Shown: positions 34,265 through 43,611, numbered from the stretch's first letter. The stretch: 64,000 bases of DNA from Vicinamibacterales bacterium (GCA_963821395.1 CAWGDY010000027.1:9407-73406), one strand, 5' to 3'. Numbers and translations are program-made. The notes: generated by a model not told the origin, from the letters alone.

Positions 34265-34426
34265 GGGGCCAGTTTAGGGGTGCCCCGAGAGAGCGGCAAT
34301 TATTATCTGCTGTCGTACGTGTCGACCAACGACAAGCCCGACGGCACATATCGCCGGACGCAGATCACGGTGAAACGAGCGGGCATACAGGCCTTCTACC
34401 GGGCCGGCTACCTGGCCCGGCGATAA
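34265..34426 (+). pseudogene. 3-prime remnant of a VWA-domain protein gene (acidobacterial VWFA-related type)
   Basis: An open frame not listed in the ORF track (it has no start codon) reads ...ESGNYYLLSYVSTNDKPDGTYRRTQITVKRAGIQAFYRAGYLARR-stop. This matches the C-terminal signature Y.L.Y....DG..R.I.V.V.R.G.....R.GY of that family. The upstream ~300 codons are missing. Confidence 0.5.
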
Positions 34427-34467
34427 GGGCATAAGTCCGGTAAAAGGCAGACTAAAGTCGTCCTGCG

Positions 34468-34902
34468 CTAGAACACCGGACCGCCGCCCTTCGGCATGAC
34501 GATCTTCTCGCCGTCGGCCAGCTTCGTCAGGGTTTCCGTGTAGACGTGACCGCCCGCTTCGAGATCGGTCCACTCACCGGTCAACTCTTTCGTGCCGTTG
34601 AGCTTGTAAATCACGACCCCCGCGGTCGTCCCCACATAGCCCACCGCGAGCGTGTTGCCGTTCAACACGCCGACGCCCACATTGACGACGCCCTTGGGCG
34701 TCAGCCACTGCACGACGAAGGTCTCGCCGTTCTTGGCGATGTGGACGGCCGCACGATATTTCAGGCCGTCGGGACTTATGCCGTCGCAGCGGTACGCGCC
34801 GCTGGGATCAGCAGTCGCCGGAGCAGACGCCGGAGATTGAACGTGAACTCGCGCGCTCGCCACGACCAACGCCAACAGGAGGAGCAGGGCGTATCGTTTC
34901 AT
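34468..34902 (-). CDS. small secreted hypothetical protein
   Basis: 144 aa from the internal ATG, with a signal peptide (MKRYALLLLLALVVASARVHVQS) and a beta-rich body. Confidence 0.6.
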   Translation of the reverse strand: MKRYALLLLLALVVASARVHVQSPASAPATADPSGAYRCDGISPDGLKYRAAVHIAKNGETFVVQWLTPKGVVNVGVGVLNGNTLAVGYVGTTAGVVIYKLNGTKELTGEWTDLEAGGHVYTETLTKLADGEKIVMPKGGGPVF

Positions 34903-34957
34903 GGGCGCTTGGCCAGCAAAAGCGATGCCGCTATTATCGGAGTCGTGAGGTGCCCGA

Positions 34958-35563
34958 ATGGCCGAGAAGTGGGAACTGAAAGGTGACGTTCTCGTGTCCT
35001 GCAATTGCGACTGGGGTTGTCCGTGCAATTTCAACGCGCGGCCGACGAAAGGCAAATGCGAGGGAGGCTGGACGTGGCAGGTCCGGCGCGGACACTACGG
35101 CGATCTCACGCTCGATGGCCTGTGCTTTTCCGTCTACGCGAAGTGGCCCGGTGCCATTCATGAAGGCAAGGGCGAAGCACTCCTCCTCATCGACGAGCGC
35201 GCCAGCGCCGATCAGCAATCGGCCATCGAAACGCTGCTTGGTGGAAAAGTCGGCGGACCCTGGGAAGTGCTGGGCTGGACGTGGCCGACCGCGCACGGTC
35301 CCTATCGCGTGGCGTACGACATCGCCTTCAATGGCATTCACTCGACCGCGAAATGTGGCGACTACGTCGAGATCGCATGCGGGCCGATCAAGAACCCCGT
35401 GACCGGCGCCGAGGCGCGTCCGGGAGTCGTGCTGCCCGAAGGGATCATCTTCAAGCAGGGCGATCTCGGCGCCACCACGCGCTTCAAGGTGAATCACGCG
35501 ATGGGGTACGACCATTCGGGTCAATACATGGCGGTCGGTCCCTTCGAGTACGCCTCAAAGTAG
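34958..35563 (+). CDS. DUF1326-family protein
   Basis: 201 aa. The N-terminal WELKGDVLVSCNCDWGCPCNF (CNC...CPC) motif is characteristic of DUF1326. Confidence 0.75.
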   Translation: MAEKWELKGDVLVSCNCDWGCPCNFNARPTKGKCEGGWTWQVRRGHYGDLTLDGLCFSVYAKWPGAIHEGKGEALLLIDERASADQQSAIETLLGGKVGGPWEVLGWTWPTAHGPYRVAYDIAFNGIHSTAKCGDYVEIACGPIKNPVTGAEARPGVVLPEGIIFKQGDLGATTRFKVNHAMGYDHSGQYMAVGPFEYASK

Positions 35564-36508
35564 CGGGACACCGCGGGCCTGCATCACGAGGTCGCGGATC
35601 GCGCCGGCGACGAGCCCCACATCGTCGAGATGAATCCAGTGCCCGCTCTGCGGCGACACGACGTGGCGGCCGCGGCGTGACAAACCCGCGAGTCGCTCGT
35701 CGGCCGCGATCCAGCGTGGATCGCGGCGCTCGGCCGACAGCACCACGACCGGCATCTCACCGAAGGCATCTTTGCCGTTCAACATCTCGGCGCTGCAGGC
35801 TTGCAGCGCCGCGAGGTGCTGCCACATGCCGCGAAACGATTTCGGATTCGACCAGTGTTCCCGCACGGCTGCCTGTGCCTCGGCCGGCAGTTTTTGTACT
35901 TCGCCCACCATGTTGGTGAGGAGCGTTGCAACTGAAGGACCGAACATGCGGCTGACACGCCTCGGCAGGCCCGGGGCGCCGCCGCTGAGCCGCGCGAGAA
36001 GAAACCGCACGAGACCGGTGCGCGCGAAGCCTTCGCCCACCCGCGAGAAGAGCATGCCTCCCCGAAGCCTGCGGCGCTGGTCGCTGGGAGGATCGGACCA
36101 CTCCTCGGGATGCAGCGGATCGACGAACACCAGCCCCGCCACCTCGGACGGATGGGCGCGCGCGTAGGCCCTGATGACGAGGGCGCCGAACGAGTGTCCG
36201 ACGAGCACGACGGGTGCAGCGATCTGTGCGTGAGCGATCACCTGACGAAGCTCGTCCACCAGCGTCGCCATCGTCCGCGGGGTGTCGCTCAGGTCGCTCC
36301 AGGCGAGTCCGGCGCGGTCGTAGCTGCACGCGCGCGTGAAGCGCGCCACTTCGGGCTGCACACGGCTCCAGCTCAGCGACGAGGCGGCGATGCCCGCATC
36401 GAAGACCACGGCGGGCGTGCCGGCCCCTTCGCAACGGTAGTGAAGACGATGTCGTCCGACGCGTACGAAGGTGCCGGGCGCCGGGACAGGCGGCGGAAGA
36501 GCCATCAC
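35555..36508 (-). CDS. alpha/beta-fold hydrolase
   Basis: 317 aa. The nucleophile elbow is VVLVGHSFGALV, and there is a C-terminal His region (SGHWIHLDD). It overlaps the convergent DUF1326 gene by 9 nt. Confidence 0.85.
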   Translation of the reverse strand: MMALPPPVPAPGTFVRVGRHRLHYRCEGAGTPAVVFDAGIAASSLSWSRVQPEVARFTRACSYDRAGLAWSDLSDTPRTMATLVDELRQVIAHAQIAAPVVLVGHSFGALVIRAYARAHPSEVAGLVFVDPLHPEEWSDPPSDQRRRLRGGMLFSRVGEGFARTGLVRFLLARLSGGAPGLPRRVSRMFGPSVATLLTNMVGEVQKLPAEAQAAVREHWSNPKSFRGMWQHLAALQACSAEMLNGKDAFGEMPVVVLSAERRDPRWIAADERLAGLSRRGRHVVSPQSGHWIHLDDVGLVAGAIRDLVMQARGVPLL

Positions 36509-36576
36509 TCCAGAATGCGCAAAATCGGGTGTAACATGCTCACGCTTAAACGACGTACTAGTTTAGGAGGTTCACC

Positions 36577-37521
36577 ATGCTGACTCGTCGCGAGTTCATC
36601 GGTACGGGCATCGCTGCGACGGTGGCCGCGCAGGCATTTGCGCTGCCCGGCGACAAGATGCGCTATGCCATGAGCGGTCATCAGTTTCGAGGACTGAAGC
36701 CCCATCCGGAGACCGGCATCAAGATGGCGGCTCAGTACGGCTATCACGGGCTCGAGCCGTTCCAGGACGATATGCCGCAGTACCTGACGCAGCCGCCCGA
36801 GGTCTTCAAGAAGGTGATGGACGCGTCGGGCCTGGCGTTGTGCACGGTCGGCAGCGGCGGCCAGTATCTCGATCCGAAGCGCGTGCCCGAGACGATCGAG
36901 AGCAATGCCGCCCGCGCGCGCTACATCGCGCACTTCGGCTGCAAGCATCTGAAGGTGAACCTGAGCCAGCGGGTCGGTCCCGAGAATCTCAGCGCCGAGA
37001 ATGCGAAGGTGCTCGGGCGCAACCTCAACGAAGTGGGCAAGCGCACCGCTGACGCGGGCATCAAGTTCGCCTTCCATCCGCACGCGTGGACGCTCGTCGA
37101 GCGGCAGCCCGAGCTCGACATGGTGATGGAGCTGACCGATCCGAAGTACGTGTGGCTGGTGCTCGACACCGGGCACGCGACGCTCGGCGGCATCGATCCC
37201 GTCAAGGCCCTGCGCGACTACTACTCGCGCATCGCCGCCATTCACCTGAAGGACGCAGAAGGGAAATACAGCACAGCCAAGGGATGGAAAGGCCCGGCGC
37301 CAAGCCCGGAAGAACACGAGCGCGTGAATCTCTACAAGCTGATGGGGAGCGGTGGCGTCGATTTCGTCGCGTTTTTCCAGGAGTTGCGGAAGCGGAACTA
37401 CGACGGGTGGGTGACCATGGACTTCGACATGCCGAGGCCCGGCGCGGGCACGGTCGAACAGTTCATGGACGCGCACAAGAAGTACCTGACGGAGACGCTG
37501 AAGGGGCAACTCAGAACCTGA
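36577..37521 (+). CDS. xylose-isomerase-like TIM-barrel protein (sugar phosphate isomerase/epimerase family) with a twin-arginine signal
   Basis: 314 aa. The TAT-type N-terminus is MLTRREFIGTGIAATVAAQAFA. AGGAGG lies upstream. The body shows the TIM-barrel AP-endonuclease-2-like pattern (FHPHAWTLVE, DTGHATLGG, HLKD). Confidence 0.85.
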   Translation: MLTRREFIGTGIAATVAAQAFALPGDKMRYAMSGHQFRGLKPHPETGIKMAAQYGYHGLEPFQDDMPQYLTQPPEVFKKVMDASGLALCTVGSGGQYLDPKRVPETIESNAARARYIAHFGCKHLKVNLSQRVGPENLSAENAKVLGRNLNEVGKRTADAGIKFAFHPHAWTLVERQPELDMVMELTDPKYVWLVLDTGHATLGGIDPVKALRDYYSRIAAIHLKDAEGKYSTAKGWKGPAPSPEEHERVNLYKLMGSGGVDFVAFFQELRKRNYDGWVTMDFDMPRPGAGTVEQFMDAHKKYLTETLKGQLRT

Positions 37522-37523
37522 TC

Positions 37524-37585
37524 GGGTAGGGGTCGGGAGGGGTTTTCGGAATCCGGTGTGCGAAAACCCCTCCCGACCCCCTACC
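37524..37585. terminator. 20-bp perfect GC-rich hairpin between convergent genes
   Basis: GGGTAGGGGTCGGGAGGGGTTTTCG - gaatccggtgtg - CGAAAACCCCTCCCGACCCCCTACC. The right arm contains the stop codon of the ACS-family gene (37581-37583). Confidence 0.7.
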
Positions 37586-39575
37586 TCCCGCCGCGCAACT
37601 GATCCAATACCCGCACATCCTCGAGCGCTGACACATCGCCGGGATCCTGTCCCGAGTACACGGCGCGGATGACGCGCCGCATCACCTTCCCATTCCGGGT
37701 CTTCGGCAGCTGCGGGACGAAGACGATCTCGTCGGGCTTCAGGGCAGGACCCATCGCGTTCCGCACCGACTCTTTCAGCTCCTGTTCGAGCGCCGCGCCA
37801 CCCGCGGTTCCATCGCTGAGCACGCACACGCACACCAGGCGTTCGCCCTTGATCTCGTCGGGGAGGCCGACGGCCGCGGCTTCGGCGACGGCCGGATGCG
37901 CCACCAGGACGGATTCGATTTCGGCAGGCCCGACGCGCTTGCCCGCGATCTTCAGCGTGTCGTCGGAGCGGCCGACGATGAACCACTGGCCGTCGTCGTC
38001 TACGAGCGCCCAGTCGCCGTGCACCCACACGTCGGGAAATCGCGACCAGTAGCTGCGCAGGTAGCGGTCGGGATCGTTCCAGAATCCGCGGCACATGCCG
38101 ATCCACGGCGCGCGGATTACGAGCTCGCCGACCGTGCCGCGCACGGGCTTCCCGTCGGCGTCGAACACATCGGCCGCCATTCCGGGCAGCGGTCCCGCAA
38201 ACGCACACGGCTTCATCGGCGACATGACGTTGCCCGAGAGAATGCCGCCGGAGATTTCGGTGCCGCCCGCGTAGTTGATGATCGGAAGCCGGCGCTTTCC
38301 AACGGTATCGAACAACCACCACCACGGGTCCGGATTCCAGGGCTCGCCGGTCGACCCGAGGACCCGGAGCGATGAAAGGTCGTGCTGTGCCGGCGCCGAG
38401 CCGCGCGCGTGCATCAACATCCGGACGAGCGTGGGCGAGATGCCGAGGATCGTCACGCGGTGCTCGTCGACGATGCTCCAAAGGCGGTTGGGCGTCGGGT
38501 AGTCGAGCGCACCGTCGTACAGCACGGCGGTTGCGCCGAGGAGGGCGGTGCCCAGAAGCTCCCACGGACCCATCATCCATCCCAGATCGGTGACCCACAG
38601 CATCGTGTCGGACGCCGACATGTCGAGCCCGTGCTGGAGATCCTGTGCGGCCTTGATCGGAAATCCGCAATGCGTGTGCACAGCGCCCTTCGGTCTGCCC
38701 GTGGTACCCGACGTGTAGATCAACATGAAAGGGTCTTCGGCCCCGGTGCGGGCCGTGCTGCACTCGGGCGATTCGGCCGGCACGATGTCGTCCCACCACC
38801 AGTCGCGACTCTGCTGCATCGCGACGGCGTCTCCGAGCCGCCGGACGACGATCACGTGTCGCAGTGATGGCACGCGTGTGACGGCGTCGTCGGCCACCGG
38901 CTTCATGAGAATCGAGCGCCCACGCCGCCGCGCTCCGTCGGCGGTGATGAGCCCTGCAGCGCCCGAGTCCTGCAGCCGGGTGGCGATGGCATCGGCGCCG
39001 TAGCCGGAAAAGAGGGGGAGTGCGATGGCGCCGATCTTGATGATGGCGAAGAACGCCACGACAATCTCCGGCACCATCGGCATGCAGATGCCGATGACGT
39101 CGCCCTTTGAAAATCCGAGCCGCTGCAGCGCGTTGGCCGCGCGATTCACCTGCTGCGACAGCTCCCCGTAGGTCAGGATGCCGCTCGTGCCTTCCTCGGC
39201 CGTCCATCGAATCGCCGCTCGATGTTCCGTTGGCGTCCCATTCCACTTGTCGAGACAGTTGTGGACGATGTTCATCTCGCCGCCGACACACCATCGCGTC
39301 CATGGCAGGCCGGCAGATGTGTCGATGACCTTGTCGTAGGGCTTGTAGAACGCGATGTTGAGATCGGCCAGCACCGCGTTCCAGAACCACTGCGGATCGG
39401 CGATGGATCGGCGATGCAGCTCGGAGAGCTCCTGGATGCCGTGCGCCGACATGAACCGGCGGAGCTGGCTCTTCGCGATCACGTCCGGCGTTGGCCGCCA
39501 CGCGAACTCGTTCGGCGCGCTCAAAGCCAATCCTCTGCAGTGCACCAGCAGCGTTCGGAAGCACCGCTGTCGCAA
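37581..39575 (-). CDS. AMP-forming acyl-CoA synthetase, acetyl-CoA synthetase (ACS) family
   Basis: 664 aa. The N-terminal region is ACS-type (SIADPQWFWNAVLADL...GGEMNIVHNCLDKW). The AMP-binding motif LIYTSGTTGRPKG and the C-terminal LPKTRNGKVMRR are present. The start is uncertain. Confidence 0.85.
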   Translation of the reverse strand: MRQRCFRTLLVHCRGLALSAPNEFAWRPTPDVIAKSQLRRFMSAHGIQELSELHRRSIADPQWFWNAVLADLNIAFYKPYDKVIDTSAGLPWTRWCVGGEMNIVHNCLDKWNGTPTEHRAAIRWTAEEGTSGILTYGELSQQVNRAANALQRLGFSKGDVIGICMPMVPEIVVAFFAIIKIGAIALPLFSGYGADAIATRLQDSGAAGLITADGARRRGRSILMKPVADDAVTRVPSLRHVIVVRRLGDAVAMQQSRDWWWDDIVPAESPECSTARTGAEDPFMLIYTSGTTGRPKGAVHTHCGFPIKAAQDLQHGLDMSASDTMLWVTDLGWMMGPWELLGTALLGATAVLYDGALDYPTPNRLWSIVDEHRVTILGISPTLVRMLMHARGSAPAQHDLSSLRVLGSTGEPWNPDPWWWLFDTVGKRRLPIINYAGGTEISGGILSGNVMSPMKPCAFAGPLPGMAADVFDADGKPVRGTVGELVIRAPWIGMCRGFWNDPDRYLRSYWSRFPDVWVHGDWALVDDDGQWFIVGRSDDTLKIAGKRVGPAEIESVLVAHPAVAEAAAVGLPDEIKGERLVCVCVLSDGTAGGAALEQELKESVRNAMGPALKPDEIVFVPQLPKTRNGKVMRRVIRAVYSGQDPGDVSALEDVRVLDQLRGGR

Positions 39576-39791
39576 ACAAGGGAAGTCGGCGTGGCAAACC
39601 GCGTCGCCGTCACGCCGCCTTCATTGTTTGCGCCAGCGGCGCTCCCGAACGCTGCCGGTTGCCAGCCGGCGATTAGTTGCGCGTCGTCACCATGCGGCAG
39701 GCCGATCCGTCTGCCAGCCGGACGTGTTCGTGCAGCGTCAGTTCCGGCCGGCAGGCAGACGGATCTGCCTGCGGCGTTGGTATCGACGCGC

Positions 39792-41432
39792 TCAATTGGC
39801 ATAGACGCGCTTCTTGAACGCCTCGACGAAGCCGCGCAGGATGGGGGACACGTCGCCCTGCTGCAGTCCCACCTCGATCAGCGTGAATCGCGTCTCGTCG
39901 TACGCCGCGTTCAGCGCGTCGCGAAGCTGGCGTGGCGTGAACGCGCGGAAACCGCGCCCGCCCCAGAGATCGGCCAGCTTGGCAAACGGCCAGCCGACCG
40001 TGTCGTTGTAGCTCGCGTCGGGGAAAAAGGCCTGGAGCATTTCCCAGCGCTGGTTGTTGAAGAGCACGATGATGGGGTTGCACCCGTAGCGGCGGGCCTG
40101 CGAGATTTCGCTGCCCGTCATCTGGAACGCGCCGTCGCCCACGAGCACCAGGGGCCGCCGGCCGCCGGCAATCTGCACACCGAGCGCCGCCGGCACGGAA
40201 AATCCCATGGTGCCGTAGTAGGCGGGCGCGATGCACTGATTGGCGCGGATGTCGACGCTCGCGAAGAGCGCGTCGCCCGTGTCGGCGATGAGCGGCATCT
40301 CGTCGTGCTCGCGGACGAACTCGTTCAGCAGGTTGATCGCGTGACGCACCTTGATTGCCTCGTCCTGCTTGAAGGGATCGAAGACCTCGGGAGAGACGTC
40401 GGTGCCGATCGCTTTGATCGGATCCCGGGACACCGGCAGGGCCGGCGCGGTCAGCAGGCGGTCGACCACCAGCTCGAGCGGCGTGTGCTCGTACTGATGC
40501 TGCCCGATGAAGACGTCGCGTGCGACGGCCGTCATGAGGTCGTGCCCCTTCAGGAGATCCGCCGAGACGCCGAGGTTGACATCGCTGAGCCGCTCGCCGA
40601 GCAGCAGCAGGCAATCCGAGCCCTCGACGAGCGTCCGCATCGGTTGAGGACTGACGGCTCCGAGATAGGTGCCGATGAACTGCGGATGACGGGTCGGGAA
40701 GATGCCGCGGCCGAGAAACGACGAGGTCACCGGAATGCGCAGGCGTTCGGCGAGTCGAATCACCTGCTCGGTCAGCTGGAACCGGTGCACCTCGACGCCG
40801 ACGATCAGCACCGGACGCTCCGCCCGCGACAGATGGTCGATGATTTCGGCGGCCGCCTCGGCGACGGCGCTCTCGTTGACCTCGAGCTCGACCTCGTCGA
40901 AGCTCGGCGGAACGGTGATATCGGCAAACACCATGTCGCGCGGAATCTCGAGATAGACCGGCCGCTTGAACTTGCGCGCGACGTCAATGGCGCGGTGAAT
41001 CGTGGCCGCGGCCGTCTGCTTGTTGTCGACGATCGCGGCGAATTCGACGACCTCCTGATAAATCCTGAGCTGAGATTCGAACGACTTCACCTCGTGATGC
41101 ACCAGAAGCCCGGAGGTACGCTCGAGCCTGCTTGGGCCGCCCGAAATGACGATGAGCGGCGATTCCTCCGCGTACGCGCAGGCGATCGAATTGATCATGT
41201 TCAGGCCGCCGGCGCCGTAGGTGACCAGGCACACGCCCAGCCCGTTGGTGATGCGCGACGCGCCATCGGCGGCGAAGCCCACGGCGGGCTCGTGGCCCAG
41301 GGTCACGAGGCGGAAGCGCTGGTCCTGCTGCAGCGCGTTGTACAGGCTCAGCACGAAGTCGCCGGGAATCCCGAAGATGTGGCGGACGCCGTTCGCGTGC
41401 AGTTGATCGAAGAGGAATTCGTGAAGCTTCAT
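39792..41432 (-). CDS. thiamine-diphosphate-dependent 2-keto-acid decarboxylase (indolepyruvate/phenylpyruvate decarboxylase family)
   Basis: The N-terminus is MKLHEFLFDQLHANGVRHIFGIPGDFVLSLYNAL. The TPP-binding region is VLVGDGAFQMTGSEIS...NNQRW. The ATG at 41432 overlaps the fahA stop (ATGA). Confidence 0.85.
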   Translation of the reverse strand: MKLHEFLFDQLHANGVRHIFGIPGDFVLSLYNALQQDQRFRLVTLGHEPAVGFAADGASRITNGLGVCLVTYGAGGLNMINSIACAYAEESPLIVISGGPSRLERTSGLLVHHEVKSFESQLRIYQEVVEFAAIVDNKQTAAATIHRAIDVARKFKRPVYLEIPRDMVFADITVPPSFDEVELEVNESAVAEAAAEIIDHLSRAERPVLIVGVEVHRFQLTEQVIRLAERLRIPVTSSFLGRGIFPTRHPQFIGTYLGAVSPQPMRTLVEGSDCLLLLGERLSDVNLGVSADLLKGHDLMTAVARDVFIGQHQYEHTPLELVVDRLLTAPALPVSRDPIKAIGTDVSPEVFDPFKQDEAIKVRHAINLLNEFVREHDEMPLIADTGDALFASVDIRANQCIAPAYYGTMGFSVPAALGVQIAGGRRPLVLVGDGAFQMTGSEISQARRYGCNPIIVLFNNQRWEMLQAFFPDASYNDTVGWPFAKLADLWGGRGFRAFTPRQLRDALNAAYDETRFTLIEVGLQQGDVSPILRGFVEAFKKRVYAN

Positions 41433-42727
41433 GTGATGATGCCGGTGCACTCGCCAAAGCCGATCCGCGCATACCCGGCCCGCTCGCAGCAGGCACGCAT
41501 GACGATCTCATCGCCGTCTTCGAGGTAGGTGCGGGACTCGCCGGTGGGCAGCTGAAGCGGGATCTTGCCGCCCTCGGTCATTTCTATCAACGATCCTCTG
41601 GCGTCTTTGGTTGGTCCCGAGAGCGTGCCGGTCGCGATCAGATCGCCCGGGATGATATTGCAGCCGTTGCTCGTCTGGTGCGCAACCATCTGCCCGAGGG
41701 TCCAGTACATGTCGCGAAGCAGGGATCGGCTGAGCCGCACCGGCGGAACGCCACGCTGGCGCATCTCCGCCGATTGCAGCAGCACGTCCACCACCACGTC
41801 GAAGCCGCCAGATTCGTCGATCGAACGTGACGACAGGTACGCGAGCGGCCTGGGGTCGTCCGCCTCGCGCGGTGCGGCCGGACTGCGGAACGGCGCGAGC
41901 GCGTCGTAGGTGACGACCCATGGCGAGACGGTGGTCGTGAAGCTCTTACTGAGAAACGGCCCAAGAGGTTGGTACTCCCAGGCCTGAATGTCGCGCGCGG
42001 ACCAGTCGTTGACCAGGCACAGTCCGAAGATCTGCGATTCGGCGGCATCGATGGGAATGGGCTCGCCGAGCATATTTCCCGGGCCGCAGAAGCATCCAAC
42101 TTCGGCTTCGTAGTCGAGACGCTCGCACGGCCCAAACACTGGTGCGTCTCCCGGGCCCTTCATTTGACCCGCGGGCCGCCTGACGCGCGTCCCGCTGATG
42201 ACAATGGACGAGGCGCGCCCGTGATACGCGATCGGCACGTGCCGGTAGTTGGGCAGCAGCGGATTGTCGGGCCTGAAGAGCCTGCCGACATTGCGCGCGT
42301 GGTGGATCGACGCGTAGAAGTCCGAGTAGTTCGCGATCGCGACAGGAACGAACAGCTCGGAGTCGGCCGCCGGCGTGAGCAGGCGCTCGTCGGCGCCCCA
42401 CCCGTCGGCCCCGAGAATCCTGCTGACTTGCCGTCGCAGGGCCGACGCTTCGCCGTGGCCGAGCGCGATTAGGGGATTCAGCGTCGGCGCCTCCGTTGCG
42501 GCGCGAAGCGCGGGCGAGAGTCCCTCGAGAAGGCCGCGGGTTCCGGCCTGACGCAGGTCGAGAATCTGATCGCCAATCGCAATACCAATGGCCGGAGCGC
42601 TGGAACTGCCGCGGCGGCGAAACACGCCGAGCGGCAGATTCTGGATGGGGAAGTCGGTCTCCGCCGCATTCGCGGACGCCACCCAGCTGCGTCGTTGAGG
42701 ATCGTGCGTCTCGTTGAGGTCAGCCAT
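41429..42727 (-). CDS. fahA: fumarylacetoacetase
   Basis: 432 aa from the internal ATG (aa 318 of ORF 41429..43678): MADLNETHDPQRRSWVASANAAETDFPIQNLPLGVF...IGDYTDF-like SDFYASIHHA. The C-terminal FAH-fold motifs are present. The upstream 317 codons of the ORF are Arg-rich shadow sequence. Confidence 0.9.
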   Translation of the reverse strand: MADLNETHDPQRRSWVASANAAETDFPIQNLPLGVFRRRGSSSAPAIGIAIGDQILDLRQAGTRGLLEGLSPALRAATEAPTLNPLIALGHGEASALRRQVSRILGADGWGADERLLTPAADSELFVPVAIANYSDFYASIHHARNVGRLFRPDNPLLPNYRHVPIAYHGRASSIVISGTRVRRPAGQMKGPGDAPVFGPCERLDYEAEVGCFCGPGNMLGEPIPIDAAESQIFGLCLVNDWSARDIQAWEYQPLGPFLSKSFTTTVSPWVVTYDALAPFRSPAAPREADDPRPLAYLSSRSIDESGGFDVVVDVLLQSAEMRQRGVPPVRLSRSLLRDMYWTLGQMVAHQTSNGCNIIPGDLIATGTLSGPTKDARGSLIEMTEGGKIPLQLPTGESRTYLEDGDEIVMRACCERAGYARIGFGECTGIIT

Positions 42728-42729
42728 CG

Positions 42730-43611
42730 TCAAAGGAGATGCAGCGCCGCAAGCTCGTCGGCAGGCTCGCGAAAGCTGCAGGAGCCGAACGAACGAAAGA
42801 AATGCCGCCGGGTGTCGGCGAGATCCTGCAGTCCGATCGCGTAGTGCCGGTAGACGAGGCCGTCCGGGCCGAACTCGAACGCTCCCGCAGACGATTCGGC
42901 CAGCGCCTCCTCGATGTCGGCCGGCGGCGCGCCCCTTCGTGCAAGCGCCGCGGCCACGCTGACGTTCAGAAAACCATGCATCACAGCCGTGGCGCTGTCG
43001 CGCTCGTAGGTTAGAGAGTAACAGTTTCGGATGGCGTGATGGAGGCCCGCGGTCGCCTTGAAGGCAAGACCGCGCGTCGCGCATCCGTGGAGGAAGCGCG
43101 CGACCGCGGAGAGTTCCGGAATCGCGGTTGCCACCGTTCCGCCGGTGCGAACCTTCGCGGCGGCGCGCGCCTTCGCGATCGCGTCGAGGCGGCTCTCGAG
43201 ATCCCCGTCCAGGGGCGTCTCGAAGAACCTTACCAGGGACGGATCCGGTCTTTCCGCCAGACGGGCAATGTCCGTCGCCGCTGCTGGCGGGTACTCGACC
43301 GACACCACCCGCGCGCGTCCCATTCCCTGCTGGTTGAACGCCGCGACGCGCGCAAGCTGCGGCAGCGGGTCGCCGCTCAGGATGACGCTGATCTCGTGCT
43401 CGTCGCCTGGTGGCTGAGGGAGCAGTGTCTCGAGCGCGTCGAGGCCGGCGGCGGGCACGACGAGCCGTCCCAGGAGCCAGGCCCGGGGACCGCTTCGTTC
43501 CTGCGCGTAGTTCGCCACGGCCTCGGGCAGCGACAGCGTGGCGGGTGGAAACGTCCCGGCGTAGTCGACAGAGCGCTGGAGCAGCGCGAAGGTTGAGAGC
43601 GGAGCGGTCAC
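42730..43611 (-). CDS. hypothetical protein (293 aa) translationally coupled between lrp and fahA
   Basis: From the frame of ORF 42730..43779. The GTG at 43611 overlaps the Lrp stop (GTGA), and the stop lies 2 nt before the fahA ATG. Motifs include LAFKATAGLHHAIRN and MHGFLNVSVAAALA. No family is recognised. Confidence 0.6.
   Translation of the reverse strand: MTAPLSTFALLQRSVDYAGTFPPATLSLPEAVANYAQERSGPRAWLLGRLVVPAAGLDALETLLPQPPGDEHEISVILSGDPLPQLARVAAFNQQGMGRARVVSVEYPPAAATDIARLAERPDPSLVRFFETPLDGDLESRLDAIAKARAAAKVRTGGTVATAIPELSAVARFLHGCATRGLAFKATAGLHHAIRNCYSLTYERDSATAVMHGFLNVSVAAALARRGAPPADIEEALAESSAGAFEFGPDGLVYRHYAIGLQDLADTRRHFFRSFGSCSFREPADELAALHLL

Noticed and set aside
36505-39597. 1030-aa minus-strand ORF spanning the isomerase and ACS-family genes
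   Set aside because: It is a low-complexity Arg-rich translation. It conflicts with two genes that have clear family motifs (36577-37521 on the plus strand, and 37581-39575 in another frame).
39222-41528. 768-aa plus-strand ORF antisense to the TPP decarboxylase. Similar antisense ORFs occur at 23543-25198, 47919-49505, 51221-52744 and 44142-45179.
   Set aside because: These are antisense shadows with no motifs. The opposite-strand genes carry unambiguous family signatures.
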